The notes under the pieces were generated by a model. It did no database searches. It saw only the letters and a program-made list of their open reading frames with translations, and was not told the origin of the DNA. Below are positions 27,296 through 36,834 of a DNA stretch of 64,000 nucleotides, one piece after another. Made by a program: the position numbers and the translations under genes. Numbering within the stretch: position 1 is the stretch's first letter; every line of letters begins with the position of its first letter. Origin of the DNA: Verrucomicrobiota bacterium (lineage in GTDB: Bacteria > Verrucomicrobiota > Verrucomicrobiia > Verrucomicrobiales > DEV007); assembly GCA_045046875.1 (NCBI GenBank), contig JASFYY010000048.1, positions 1 through 64,000 on the forward strand, read 5' to 3'.

Positions 27296-28396
27296 ATGTC
27301 ACTGCTCATTCTCTTTTTCCTCTTATCCATCAGCTTCTCCTTCCTCTGTTCCATCTGGGAGGCCGTATTACTGAGTATCTCGCCCTCCCACATCAAAAGC
27401 CTCGAAAGCAGCAATCCCAAGCTTGGTAAAAAAATCCACCAACTGAAAGAGGAAATCGACCGACCGCTCTCGGCCATCCTCAGTCTTAATACCATCGCCC
27501 ACACCGTCGGTGCGATCGGGGTTGGTGCCCAGGCCGGTAAAGTCTTTGGCAGCCACGCCCTGTCCCTCGGACCGATCACGCTCAGCGCCGAGGCTATCAT
27601 CGCCGCCATCATGACCATGGCCATTTTGATTTTATCCGAAATCATCCCCAAAACCATCGGCGCCAACTACTGGAAAAAACTCACCCCTTTCACCATCCGC
27701 TCGGTCAGCCTGCTGATGACCTTGCTCGCCCCTTTGGTCTGGTTAAGCCAATGGGTCACCAAGCACCTCAAAAGCGACAAAAACCTAAGTGTTCTGAGCC
27801 GTTCGGATCTCGCCGCCTATGCTGAAATCGGTGAAGAAAGCGGAGCCATCAATTCCGGTGAATCGCGTATCATCGCCAACCTGCTCAAAATGAAAACCCT
27901 ACGAGCCAAGGACATCATGACTCCGCGCACCGTCGTTTTCATGATGGATCAAAATGCCACTGTTGAAGAATACCACAAAACCCAGCAGGGTTCCCCTTTC
28001 TCCCGGATACCCGTTTACAATGAAACCCGTGACCACGTCACTGGCATCGCACTCAAAGACGACATCCTGCAAGCCCTCGCCGATGACAAGGATGACACTC
28101 TGCTCAAAGATTTAAAAAGGGACACCATGACCGTTAGCGATCAGACCCTGCTTCCCAACCTGTTCGAAAAGCTACTGGAGAAAAAAATCCACCTCAGTCT
28201 CGTCACCGATGAATTTGGCAGCCTGCTGGGACTGGTCACGCTTGAGGATGTCATGGAAACCCTACTCGGCATCGAGATCGTCGACGAGACCGATCAAGCC
28301 CCCGACCTGCAAGCCCTCGCCCGCAAAAAATGGAAACAAAGAGCTAAAGGGCTAGGCTTATTACCCGAAGAAGGTGAAATCGAAGAAGGGAAATAG
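27296..28396 (+). CDS. CNNM (DUF21)-CBS membrane protein (CorB/HlyC family)
   Basis: SFLCSIWEAVLLS, SEIIPKTIG, IMTPR, FSRIPVY, DEFG...GLVTLEDVMETLLG. Confidence 0.92.
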   Translation: MSLLILFFLLSISFSFLCSIWEAVLLSISPSHIKSLESSNPKLGKKIHQLKEEIDRPLSAILSLNTIAHTVGAIGVGAQAGKVFGSHALSLGPITLSAEAIIAAIMTMAILILSEIIPKTIGANYWKKLTPFTIRSVSLLMTLLAPLVWLSQWVTKHLKSDKNLSVLSRSDLAAYAEIGEESGAINSGESRIIANLLKMKTLRAKDIMTPRTVVFMMDQNATVEEYHKTQQGSPFSRIPVYNETRDHVTGIALKDDILQALADDKDDTLLKDLKRDTMTVSDQTLLPNLFEKLLEKKIHLSLVTDEFGSLLGLVTLEDVMETLLGIEIVDETDQAPDLQALARKKWKQRAKGLGLLPEEGEIEEGK

Positions 28397-28447
28397 TCTG
28401 GTGGTTACTGGGGAAGATTACGCATGCTCTCACGCTTAATCGCATGC

Positions 28448-28472
28448 GGTGCTCCCGACGGGTGGGAGCACC
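28448..28472. terminator. Hairpin between convergent genes
   Basis: GGTGCTCCC-N7-GGGAGCACC perfect 9-bp stem; no U-tract. Confidence 0.4.
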
Positions 28473-28476
28473 TGCG

Positions 28477-28800
28477 CTACTGACGCGGATCATTTTTTTC
28501 CACCTCATCCTCTCCGCTCCACTCTTTCAACCAAACCCGGGTCGCACCCCAGCTGCCGCTGGTCGCATCCCCCAATTTGAATCCCTCCACCTCGGGCAAT
28601 CTCTCCAACAAACGATGCACCCCCTCGCGCAAGGCTCCGCTGCCCTTGCCATGGATCACTCTCACCTCACGCCAACCCCGCATCCGGCACTCGCGGAAAT
28701 ATTCCGGTAACAGAGAGCCGATCTCCTTCGGTCGAAAGGCGTGCAAATCCAGTTCGTGCCTTATCGGAACTTCAACCGGCTCGTCCTCATCACTCTTCAT
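28477..28800 (-). CDS. Smr/MutS2 C-terminal domain protein
   Basis: LDLHAF, VRVIHGKGSGALR, GSWGATRV. Confidence 0.92.
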   Translation of the reverse strand: MKSDEDEPVEVPIRHELDLHAFRPKEIGSLLPEYFRECRMRGWREVRVIHGKGSGALREGVHRLLERLPEVEGFKLGDATSGSWGATRVWLKEWSGEDEVEKNDPRQ

Positions 28801-29435
28801 TTTTCCATCCCTTCATCCAACCCGCTAAGCGCTTGCTGCCATATTTTCAACTCCCCCGCAATTCCCTCCCGCTCCAGCATCTCCCCGATTTCCTCCCAAC
28901 CCGGTTCCACCACCCCCTCTTCGCTGATTTGTTTGTCATCCGCCGGATAATCAGGGAACACCCGGCAAGCCATATACCAACAAGCCCACGCCCGCGCCGT
29001 CCGTCGGGCTTTACGCGGCTCCACCATCCGTGTTGCCAGATGTTGAAAATGCCGCCGTGGATTACCAATAAACTGATCCTGCTCACGATGCCGCATCACC
29101 CAGCCCACCGCAGCATAAGGCAAAGGCCATTGCTCAAAAACCGCCACCCCTGCCTGCAAATCCGCGCCCAAAGCCCGATTGAACATCAACAAAGCCTGCG
29201 CCGGCAAACCTTGCCGCCACAAAGACTGACCACATTTCAAAGCCTGCAGGTAAAAACGTTCGCCATAAACATCGTCCTTCACCTCACGCATCACCGCCGC
29301 CGACAAGGGCTCATCCACCATCGGCAGGTAAGGGCAGCTCTCCAAATTCGTCTGGTGAAAAACGAGCCTGCGCTTTCTTGACTCCCTACCACTTGAACCC
29401 TCCCCGTTGTTAGCACTATATTTTTGACTGTCCAT
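28797..29435 (-). CDS. Hypothetical protein
   Basis: Open frame with ATGA overlap into the Smr gene; FIGNPRRHFQHLATRM looks like a conserved block; start uncertain. Confidence 0.65.
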   Translation of the reverse strand: MDSQKYSANNGEGSSGRESRKRRLVFHQTNLESCPYLPMVDEPLSAAVMREVKDDVYGERFYLQALKCGQSLWRQGLPAQALLMFNRALGADLQAGVAVFEQWPLPYAAVGWVMRHREQDQFIGNPRRHFQHLATRMVEPRKARRTARAWACWYMACRVFPDYPADDKQISEEGVVEPGWEEIGEMLEREGIAGELKIWQQALSGLDEGMEK

Positions 29436-29490
29436 TGTCGCTGCAATTTGTATAATCACCTATACCTCACCCTCACTACCTTGTTCGAAA

Positions 29491-30804
29491 ATGACCACTG
29501 CTGCAACTGATACCCCTAACGATCTTTTCCAAGACGCACTAAAAAACCTCGACGACGCATTCGCTTATGCCGAGATCCACCCTGAAGCGCTCGAACGACT
29601 GCGCCATCCGCGCACCTCGATCGAAGTCTCCATCCCGGTGCGCATGGACTCCGGTGAGATCCGGGTTTTCACCGGCTACCGGGTTCGTCACGACGATACC
29701 CGCGGACCCGGCAAGGGCGGCATCCGCTTTCACCCCAGAGTTGACATCGCCGAAGTCAAAGCCCTCGCTTTCTGGATGACCTGCAAATGCGCGGTGATGA
29801 GCCTGCCCTTCGGTGGCGCCAAAGGCGGCATCAAAGTGGATCCCAAGGAACTGTCCAAACTCGAACTCGAACGCCTCTCTCGCCGTTTCATCCAACGCAT
29901 CGCCGACTTCATCGGCCCCGATGTTGATGTCCCCGCCCCCGACGTTTATACCAATCCGATGATCATGGGATGGATGATGGACGAGTATTCCAAAATCACC
30001 CGCCACCACACCCCCGCCGTCATCACCGGCAAACCCATCCCCCTCGGTGGTAGCCTGGGACGCAACGAAGCCACTGGCCGTGGCGCTTATTTTTGCATCA
30101 AGGAACACGAATTGCACCGTGGTTGGGATCCCAAAACCACCACCGTCGCCATCCAGGGTTTTGGCAACGCCGGTCAAGCCGTGGCGCAATTGCTGCATGC
30201 CGATGGCTATCAAATCGTCGCGGTCAGCGATTCCAAAGGAGGTATCCACCGCAGAGAAGGTTTCCACATCCCCAGTCTGATCCAAGCAAAAAATGACAGC
30301 CATCGCCTACAGGCCGTTTACTGTCAGAATGGTTTGTGCACCCTGATGGAAGCACAAAGCATCAGCAACGAAGATCTGCTCGAACTCGATGTCGACATCC
30401 TCATCCCCGCAGCGCTTGAAAATGTGATCACCTCTGCCAACGCCGAAAAAATCAAAGCCCGCACTCTGGTCGAAGTCGCCAACGGCCCGGTCAGCACGGA
30501 TGCTTCTCCCATACTCAGAAAAAATGACGTTTACGTGATTCCTGACATCCTAGCCAACGCCGGCGGGGTCACCGTCAGTTATTTTGAGTGGGTGCAAAAC
30601 AAAGCCGGTTTCTACTGGACGGAAGACGAGGTCAACCAGCGCTTACTCGAAAAAATGCGCACCGAATTTCACAACGTTTACGATCTCAGCCAAACCCACG
30701 ACATCGACATGCGCACCGCCGCTTACGTGCTCGCCCTGAAACGCATCGGAGCCGCCCTCACCGCCCAAGGCACCAAAGATTATTTTGAGGCCCAGCAGCC
30801 CTGA
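29491..30804 (+). CDS. gdhA: Glu/Leu/Phe/Val dehydrogenase (glutamate dehydrogenase)
   Basis: GPGKGGIRF, PFGGAKGG, DVPAPD, ATGRG, IQGFGNAG, EVANGP, PDILANAGGVTVSYFEWVQN. Confidence 0.95.
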   Translation: MTTAATDTPNDLFQDALKNLDDAFAYAEIHPEALERLRHPRTSIEVSIPVRMDSGEIRVFTGYRVRHDDTRGPGKGGIRFHPRVDIAEVKALAFWMTCKCAVMSLPFGGAKGGIKVDPKELSKLELERLSRRFIQRIADFIGPDVDVPAPDVYTNPMIMGWMMDEYSKITRHHTPAVITGKPIPLGGSLGRNEATGRGAYFCIKEHELHRGWDPKTTTVAIQGFGNAGQAVAQLLHADGYQIVAVSDSKGGIHRREGFHIPSLIQAKNDSHRLQAVYCQNGLCTLMEAQSISNEDLLELDVDILIPAALENVITSANAEKIKARTLVEVANGPVSTDASPILRKNDVYVIPDILANAGGVTVSYFEWVQNKAGFYWTEDEVNQRLLEKMRTEFHNVYDLSQTHDIDMRTAAYVLALKRIGAALTAQGTKDYFEAQQP

Positions 30805-30825
30805 TCACCAAAAAGCCACCAAAGC

Positions 30826-30867
30826 AAAAATGCACTTCACATGTCCGGCCGGACATACGAAGTGCAT
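30826..30867 (-). terminator. Long palindromic intrinsic terminator between convergent genes
   Basis: ATGCACTTC-AC-ATGTCCGG/CCGGACAT-AC-GAAGTGCAT; the two mismatches become G-U pairs on the minus-strand RNA, followed by a U-run. Confidence 0.7.
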
Positions 30868-30901
30868 CCTGTTGTGTCGGAAATTTTAAGCTCAAGCGAC
30901 C

Positions 30902-31333
30902 CTAGATCCGCCCCTCCTCGATGTCATAAACATCAAACCAACGGTAAACCATTTTTCCAGCTGGAATGAATTGTGGGATATAGGTCTCTAGAAACTCTTG
31001 CAACTCAATCGGCATCTCGCTGATGCGTTTATCCCGCAAATCATTATTCCAACGAATCACTTCCCGCAGCTCTTTCACCTTGGAGTTTTCCAAAATCCAT
31101 TCCGCCACAGCCTCATCATCCGCGCCACTGGCTACCAAGTCTTTGAACTGGTCTGCGTTGATGCCTGAAAAATCGAAGAAAACATTGTCCAACGGGCAAG
31201 CAAAATTATACTCACCTTGCGTTCCTGCGATAACCGCCCGGCATTTATCCAAAGCCCGCCCGGCGATCACATACCCTGCTAACAACTCACGTGGGCTTCG
31301 AGGGAATTCTGTATTTAAGTCTAATGTTTTCAT
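30902..31333 (-). CDS. DUF5069 family protein
   Basis: PRSPRELLAGY...DKCRA...GEYNFACPLD, C-terminal DIEEGR. Confidence 0.75.
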   Translation of the reverse strand: MKTLDLNTEFPRSPRELLAGYVIAGRALDKCRAVIAGTQGEYNFACPLDNVFFDFSGINADQFKDLVASGADDEAVAEWILENSKVKELREVIRWNNDLRDKRISEMPIELQEFLETYIPQFIPAGKMVYRWFDVYDIEEGRI

Positions 31334-31376
31334 ATCGGCTTTACCGACGCCGAAGCAAACAACTTCTTACAAAAAA

Positions 31377-32753
31377 TCAATCCACCAACTCCTTCACCGC
31401 CTGCAGATAATCGGCCAGCGTTTCACTGGGCTTAAGCGCTTGAGATTTTTCCAAATGCTCAACGGCCTTTTCATATTCAGCTACATTCACCAATAATTTT
31501 CCATGCGCACGATGCGCCGCCGCCGATTCAGGCAAACCTTGCGCTCTCTCCAGCAACATCTCAGCTTCCTCGCGCGCGCCACCATCCTCCTTGAATCGTG
31601 CCAACAGAATCAAAGCCTGGCCATCCATAGGCTCTTTGATCAACCAGTCACTGATCAGTTTTTCACCCACTTTGATGTCTCCGGTTCTCAATTCGATCAA
31701 CGCTTGTTGGCGGAAAAAACGCGAGCGCACTTTATTGTCCGTTTGCTCTGCAGCGAGCTGCTTTTGAAAAAAATCATGTTTTGCCAAACGCTTGGAAAAT
31801 ATGGAAGCATTTTCCCACTGGCCGACATTGCTCATCAATTCCACAACCTCGACCATCCGGCTCAAGGTCGCCGGTTCAGGCTGATTCAACGCCAAGAGGT
31901 AACGTTGCAGAGCTAATTCCGGCAGGCCATTCTGAAGGTAAAGGTGCCCCAAAGACAAAGTGGCCTCAGCGGTAAGTCCACCCGCACGATGGGCCAGCTC
32001 CAGATTCACCATCGCATCCTGCGGCTGTTGCAAAACAATCAAACTATCAGCCTGCCTCAACCAAAGAACCAAGTCATCGGGCTGCTCATCGATGAGCTGT
32101 TGGAAAATCGACGCCGCCTGTCGCGGACGTTTCAAGGCCTGCAATGCCTGGGCTTCACCCATTTTCCACTGCCGCTGCGTCGGCTGAGTCAAAGCCGCCA
32201 GGCGGTAGGCATCGAGTGCTGCCTGATGATGATTCTGCACCGCATGGCAGTAACCCAGCAAACCCATAGTGAGAGACTCACGCGAACCCAATTCCATCGC
32301 ACGTGCAAGATGCTCAACTGCATCCTGGTATTTTTCCTGCTGCACAAGAACAATAGCCAGGTTGCGGTGGGCATCACGGAAATTGGGAAACTTTTGCAGA
32401 GCTTTGTCAAAATGAATCACTGCCGAATCCAAGTCAGCCGCTTCGAACTCGAAGGTCGCCAATGAAAACAACAAAGCCGGACTCTCCGCAAGCAAGCTGC
32501 ATTCAGCAAGAAGCTTGATCGCTCCCTTACGATCCTTGTCCGCCATTTTTTTAGCCGCTTCATCGAGATAGAACTCCTCGTCAACGGTGATTCGTGGCTC
32601 AATCCTCGAATCGATACCAAAACTCCCCGTCACTGTCTGGCGAAACAAATCGCTCTGCCAAAGCGAGTCGATCGGTAAGGGCGCCGCAGGCGAGACCGGC
32701 CCGGCGTGAACCCAAGTGGTCAAAAATAACAAAATTACAGTGAATCGAATCAT
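31377..32753 (-). CDS. Tetratricopeptide repeat protein of the TonB operon
   Basis: Signal peptide, TPR helices; ATGA overlap with tonB. Confidence 0.85.
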   Translation of the reverse strand: MIRFTVILLFLTTWVHAGPVSPAAPLPIDSLWQSDLFRQTVTGSFGIDSRIEPRITVDEEFYLDEAAKKMADKDRKGAIKLLAECSLLAESPALLFSLATFEFEAADLDSAVIHFDKALQKFPNFRDAHRNLAIVLVQQEKYQDAVEHLARAMELGSRESLTMGLLGYCHAVQNHHQAALDAYRLAALTQPTQRQWKMGEAQALQALKRPRQAASIFQQLIDEQPDDLVLWLRQADSLIVLQQPQDAMVNLELAHRAGGLTAEATLSLGHLYLQNGLPELALQRYLLALNQPEPATLSRMVEVVELMSNVGQWENASIFSKRLAKHDFFQKQLAAEQTDNKVRSRFFRQQALIELRTGDIKVGEKLISDWLIKEPMDGQALILLARFKEDGGAREEAEMLLERAQGLPESAAAHRAHGKLLVNVAEYEKAVEHLEKSQALKPSETLADYLQAVKELVD

Positions 32754-33391
32754 GGACGTAAAATGAGTGGCCATTTAAAAAGCGCGGTGACGGCTCGACC
32801 GTCTTTTTGTGGTGGAGTGAAACGCGAACCTGTCGCAAACAGCCTCGCCATTTCAGTGAATTCCGGGTGACTGCTTTTAACCACTTTACGAACAGTCACT
32901 TTGCCACTGGGTCGGATGAGCACCTCCAGAGTGACCCGCCCTTCCTTGACCCCCCGGGCTTGCTGGCTCTTGGGGAAAGGCACCGTGGGACGGTTGACCA
33001 GTCGTGGCTGACGGTCGAGACTCTTTGACGAAAACGTCATAAACTCACGCGCCTGCTCCACTTGCGGGGCAAAGTCAGTCACATCGAGCTGCAATTTCAA
33101 TTCAGGATTTCGCGCGGCTTGAATCGCTGGAGCCACGGGATCAAAGCGGATATCCAGCTTGGGCAGATCCGGACTCTGGACCGGCGGCGGCGCCTGCTCG
33201 GCTTTCGGCGGCGGTGGCGCTGGCAAACTAACAGGCGAAGTCGTCTCAAGCGAACGAATGGTCAGCGTTGGCACCTGAGACGCACGACTGAGGCGTGCCG
33301 CCGCCAGGAAAACCAGCAGACCAAAAGTCAGGACGACCGCCAAAGCCACCCGTGCAATCAAACTGAAAGATATGGATCGGGACTCAGTCAT
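32750..33391 (-). CDS. tonB: Energy transducer TonB
   Basis: N-terminal TM, Pro-rich linker, [10 protein letters not shown]...[13 protein letters not shown]-terminal domain. Confidence 0.88.
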   Translation of the reverse strand: MTESRSISFSLIARVALAVVLTFGLLVFLAAARLSRASQVPTLTIRSLETTSPVSLPAPPPPKAEQAPPPVQSPDLPKLDIRFDPVAPAIQAARNPELKLQLDVTDFAPQVEQAREFMTFSSKSLDRQPRLVNRPTVPFPKSQQARGVKEGRVTLEVLIRPSGKVTVRKVVKSSHPEFTEMARLFATGSRFTPPQKDGRAVTALFKWPLILRP

Positions 33392-33804
33392 TTGTCATTA
33401 GTGGTAGAAACAAAAACCCGTTTGGCACCGGCCAACTTAGCCTCATCCAGCACCTGCACCGTGGCCTCCGTAGGGGTGCTGCGATCCGCCTGGATAATAA
33501 CCGGCATCTCCTCCTGTCGAATCAAACGACTGACCGTCGATCGCACCCCCGCCACCCCGATCTCACGTCCGCCATAAAACACCTGCCCCGCCGGAGTGAT
33601 ACCGATAAGAATGCTATTTTTTTCAAGATCCTGCTGACTAGCCGCACGCGGTTTGTTGATCTCCACCCCGCTCTCTTCGACAAAAACCGTGGTGACAATG
33701 AAAAAAATCAGCAAAATGAATACCACGTCAATAAGCGACGAGATATTGATCTCGCTGCTCTCTTCACTGCTTGGTTCGCCAAAGCGCTGGAATCGTCGGG
33801 ACAT
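33388..33804 (-). CDS. exbD: Biopolymer transporter ExbD
   Basis: [27 protein letters not shown]. Confidence 0.93.
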   Translation of the reverse strand: MSRRFQRFGEPSSEESSEINISSLIDVVFILLIFFIVTTVFVEESGVEINKPRAASQQDLEKNSILIGITPAGQVFYGGREIGVAGVRSTVSRLIRQEEMPVIIQADRSTPTEATVQVLDEAKLAGAKRVFVSTTNDK

Positions 33805-33852
33805 GGATGATAAGGAGATAGAATTTAGAACAAAGGAGTTAGGAGGTGGAAA

Positions 33853-34440
33853 TCAGAATTCTGGATTCTGTAACAATTGTGATTCGAGTTGGCGGAATTT
33901 TGTGGTGAGATCGCGGTGACGGCTGCGCAGCCAGGCGCAGACGATGTAAGTTGGCACGCCAATAATGAGGCCGGTCTGCGTCGTGATCAGTGCTTCCGAA
34001 ATACCACCGGAAATAATATCAATAGGTGCTGTGGCCGAAGCCGTCGACATGCCAAAAAAAGTGGTGAACATTCCCGAAACCGTTCCCAACAAACCCAACA
34101 AAGGCGCCGCGCCAATCATAATAAAAGCAAAAGGAAAACGACGCTCTGATTTGGCGAAAAGGCGCTGTGCCACCTCCTGCAGTCGCCGGGGCAGATCCCC
34201 CGTTTTGTTTAACTGACTACGCAAACGCTCACGGATTTCATCAGCCCCACTGCTCCCCTTCAACAAAGTCAACCATTCATCCGATGCCAACAACGGAGCA
34301 TCCGGCAAACGCATCGAATGCCACAGCGATAACAAAGAAAAAGCAATGCCACAAGCCAGCGAAAGCAGCGCCACAAACACCCATCCCCCCGCCCCCGCAA
34401 GCAGCCGAACCTCCTCAACAATCTGTAAAAAATATTCCAT
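33853..34440 (-). CDS. exbB: MotA/TolQ/ExbB proton channel protein
   Basis: APLLGLLGTVSGM, GISEALITTQTGL. Confidence 0.9.
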   Translation of the reverse strand: MEYFLQIVEEVRLLAGAGGWVFVALLSLACGIAFSLLSLWHSMRLPDAPLLASDEWLTLLKGSSGADEIRERLRSQLNKTGDLPRRLQEVAQRLFAKSERRFPFAFIMIGAAPLLGLLGTVSGMFTTFFGMSTASATAPIDIISGGISEALITTQTGLIIGVPTYIVCAWLRSRHRDLTTKFRQLESQLLQNPEF

Positions 34441-34458
34441 CCCAAATCCTCCTATCCT

Positions 34459-34617
34459 ATCCGTGTCATCCGTGGTTAAATTCTTATTCCCTATTTTCTA
34501 TTTCTTATCCGCGCCATCCGCGGTTCAATTCCCTACCTCTTATTCGTGTCTACCAGTGTCCACTCGTGGTTCAATTCTCATCTCTTATTCGTGTCTATTA
34601 GTGTCCATTCGTGGTTC
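34459..34617 (+). repeat. Cluster of four ATCCGYG/ATTCGTG-type repeats
   Basis: Copies at 34459-34477, 34507-34526, 34542-34572 and 34587-34617, all ending GGTT. Confidence 0.85.
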
Positions 34618-36019
34618 TCCCCTCATCTCCTCCCTCCGGAATCCCATTCAAAAAAGCCAAACTCGTCATTTCCATCGCCGACTTAATCCCCTGCACCTTC
34701 CGCGACAGCAGCGCGTGCAATATCAAAGCCGGAATCGCCACGATCAGTCCAAACTCCGTCGTCACCAAAGCCTCCGAAATCCCCGATGCCAGCGACTTCG
34801 CATCCCCGGTGCCAAAGATATTGATCAAACGAAAAGTCTCAATCATCCCCGTCACCGTTCCCAACAGTCCCAGCAAAGGGGCCGTCGCCGAAGCAATCGC
34901 CACCAGCGGCAATCCTTTATTCAATGGCGGCACCGCTGCTAAAAACTTTTCATACAACGATTCTTCAAGATCATCACGACTGGTATCCGGTACCTTGCTC
35001 AATATCTCAACCCCACGCTGCAAAATTTCCCTAGCCGGGTGGCGAATCCCATCGACCGTCGAACGAGCTGTCTCAAAATCCCCTTTCCCAACCGCATCGA
35101 TCACCGCTTGCACCACCGTCGGGCGCAGATCACGGATCTTCAACAGTTGCAGCCATTTTCTAATCGCCGCAAACAGCGCGATGGCGGCGAGTATCAAAAT
35201 TGGAAAAATCCAAAAACCCCCTTGCTGGATATGTCCAATAATTGACGTGCTGGAACTGGTCAAAGCCACCGCTGTTCCAAGCGTGGGGTCAAAACTCGGC
35301 TTCGCGTTTTGACCACTCAACAAAAGTCCGATATTTTCACCGTCTTCCGTGCCTGGCACCAAGCGCGGATTCAGGTTATTGTCCGCCGAAATCAAGCCCG
35401 AGGCCTTGCCGTCCTGTGAAAGAAACCAAGTGAGCGGCCCTGCCTCAGCAAAACGTCCTTGCACCATCACCCCTTCTGCATTGAGCGCCTGCCCGGCAAT
35501 CACACCAACCTGCCCCGCACCTTTTATTTGTCCAACAGCCTGCTCGACCAAAGCCAAGCGGGACTTCAAATTACTTCCCTTCAACAAGTCCCCTTGCGCT
35601 TCAATTCGAGCGAGACTCTGACTGCTTTGATAAGTCTTGGAAAAATCGAGCAACAAACCTTCAATATACTGCCGCTCCTCACGCCAGGATTTGAGCTCAC
35701 CGTCCGTTTTGGCAAACTCCGTATCCACCGCATCACGGCGGCTTCGAGCAAGATCAGCTTGGCGACGCGCTTCGCGCAAGTCAGCGGCGATGCGATTGGA
35801 CTGCTTCGCCAGAACAGGTTTTTGTTTGGCTATTTCCAACTGAACTTTTGCCAGTTCATCAAGAGCCTCTCGCAAGTCTTTTTCCACCGAAGCCGCCGCT
35901 TCAGTGTAACGCACTGCGGCCGGTGCTTTTTCTACCACCGGACTCACTGCCTTCTCCTGCGCTTCAAGCAAAGAGGCGAGCAGCACAAAGGGCAAAATAT
36001 ATAAAATTACTTTCATCAT
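34598..36019 (-). CDS. Long MotA/TolQ/ExbB protein with periplasmic coiled coil (TtpC-like)
   Basis: Signal peptide, coiled coil, FDPTLG, QQGGFW, APLLGLLGTVTGMIETF, GISEALVTTEFGL. Confidence 0.88.
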   Translation of the reverse strand: MMKVILYILPFVLLASLLEAQEKAVSPVVEKAPAAVRYTEAAASVEKDLREALDELAKVQLEIAKQKPVLAKQSNRIAADLREARRQADLARSRRDAVDTEFAKTDGELKSWREERQYIEGLLLDFSKTYQSSQSLARIEAQGDLLKGSNLKSRLALVEQAVGQIKGAGQVGVIAGQALNAEGVMVQGRFAEAGPLTWFLSQDGKASGLISADNNLNPRLVPGTEDGENIGLLLSGQNAKPSFDPTLGTAVALTSSSTSIIGHIQQGGFWIFPILILAAIALFAAIRKWLQLLKIRDLRPTVVQAVIDAVGKGDFETARSTVDGIRHPAREILQRGVEILSKVPDTSRDDLEESLYEKFLAAVPPLNKGLPLVAIASATAPLLGLLGTVTGMIETFRLINIFGTGDAKSLASGISEALVTTEFGLIVAIPALILHALLSRKVQGIKSAMEMTSLAFLNGIPEGGDEGRTTNGH

Positions 36020-36825
36020 TTACTACGAGCTGATGCGGAAGCATTGGAAAAAGGCAAACGGACAAAAGCCGGAGTGGCCTGACGACTCTGAATGGCAATC
36101 GCCTGGCGAATCGATGTAGCCAAAGCAGGCTCCTCCGTCCAAGTCCACCCTTTCAACCCAGGAGTTCCATAACCACTGTATTCTCCGGTTTGATCCACAT
36201 ACCAAGCCTGGGTCAGGCCCATGTAGAGCACATCCACTTCCCGATCCTCCCCATCGATGCTGCGAATTTCCGTATCAAGAGTGATGCTATTTTGAAAATT
36301 CAGATAAGCCTGCATCAGCAGCAACACATCCCGCGTGCGGTGCTGCAAAGGCTCCTGGGCATCCGCTGTTTCGAACCGGCCAATCACCTCAGCCATCTTG
36401 CTGCGCAAGGGAGTAGGAAAAATTACTAACAAAGGCCGCAGTTCGTTTTCCAGTTTTGTTATTTGCGCCTTCAAATCCCTGCGCCATTTTTTAAGCTCCG
36501 TTTCCTCTTCACTGAACTGTTTGCGTTTTTTTTCAATCTCCGCAATTCTCACTCCCGCAGTCTTAGTGAACTCGCCCAACTGCTTGATCTCCCGCTGACG
36601 CACGCCATTAAGATCCGTAAGCGTCTGCTGCTGTTCTTCCCATCCGGCTTGCTCCCGACTGATCATTTGTTTGGTCAGCACCCATTGTTTTAACCCCGTC
36701 CTCACTTCGCTCGCCTGCGGAAGATCTTTCGCAAGCTTAGACAGATCAGCTTCCTGCCCGAGCAACAAAAGCGGACATAACAACAGCACAAAAAAAGCGG
36801 CTGAACTGACAGTTACATTTTGCAT
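36016..36825 (-). CDS. DUF3450-like periplasmic protein
   Basis: Signal peptide, coiled coil, EVDVLYMG...WTW...AIAI...FVRLP; typical position between the receptor and the long ExbB. Confidence 0.75.
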   Translation of the reverse strand: MQNVTVSSAAFFVLLLCPLLLLGQEADLSKLAKDLPQASEVRTGLKQWVLTKQMISREQAGWEEQQQTLTDLNGVRQREIKQLGEFTKTAGVRIAEIEKKRKQFSEEETELKKWRRDLKAQITKLENELRPLLVIFPTPLRSKMAEVIGRFETADAQEPLQHRTRDVLLLMQAYLNFQNSITLDTEIRSIDGEDREVDVLYMGLTQAWYVDQTGEYSGYGTPGLKGWTWTEEPALATSIRQAIAIQSRQATPAFVRLPFSNASASARSK

Positions 36826-36834
36826 ACAAAAAAC

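Noticed and set aside
29539..30303. Long antisense ORFs (also 2640..3440, 16426..17343, 24866..25582, 34611..35312, 58463..59119)
   Set aside because: Shadow frames of well-supported genes with no recognisable motifs; explained by codon bias.
34459..34617. Repeat cluster as a mini-CRISPR
   Set aside because: Copies are degenerate and of two lengths, gaps are short and irregular, and no cas genes are present.
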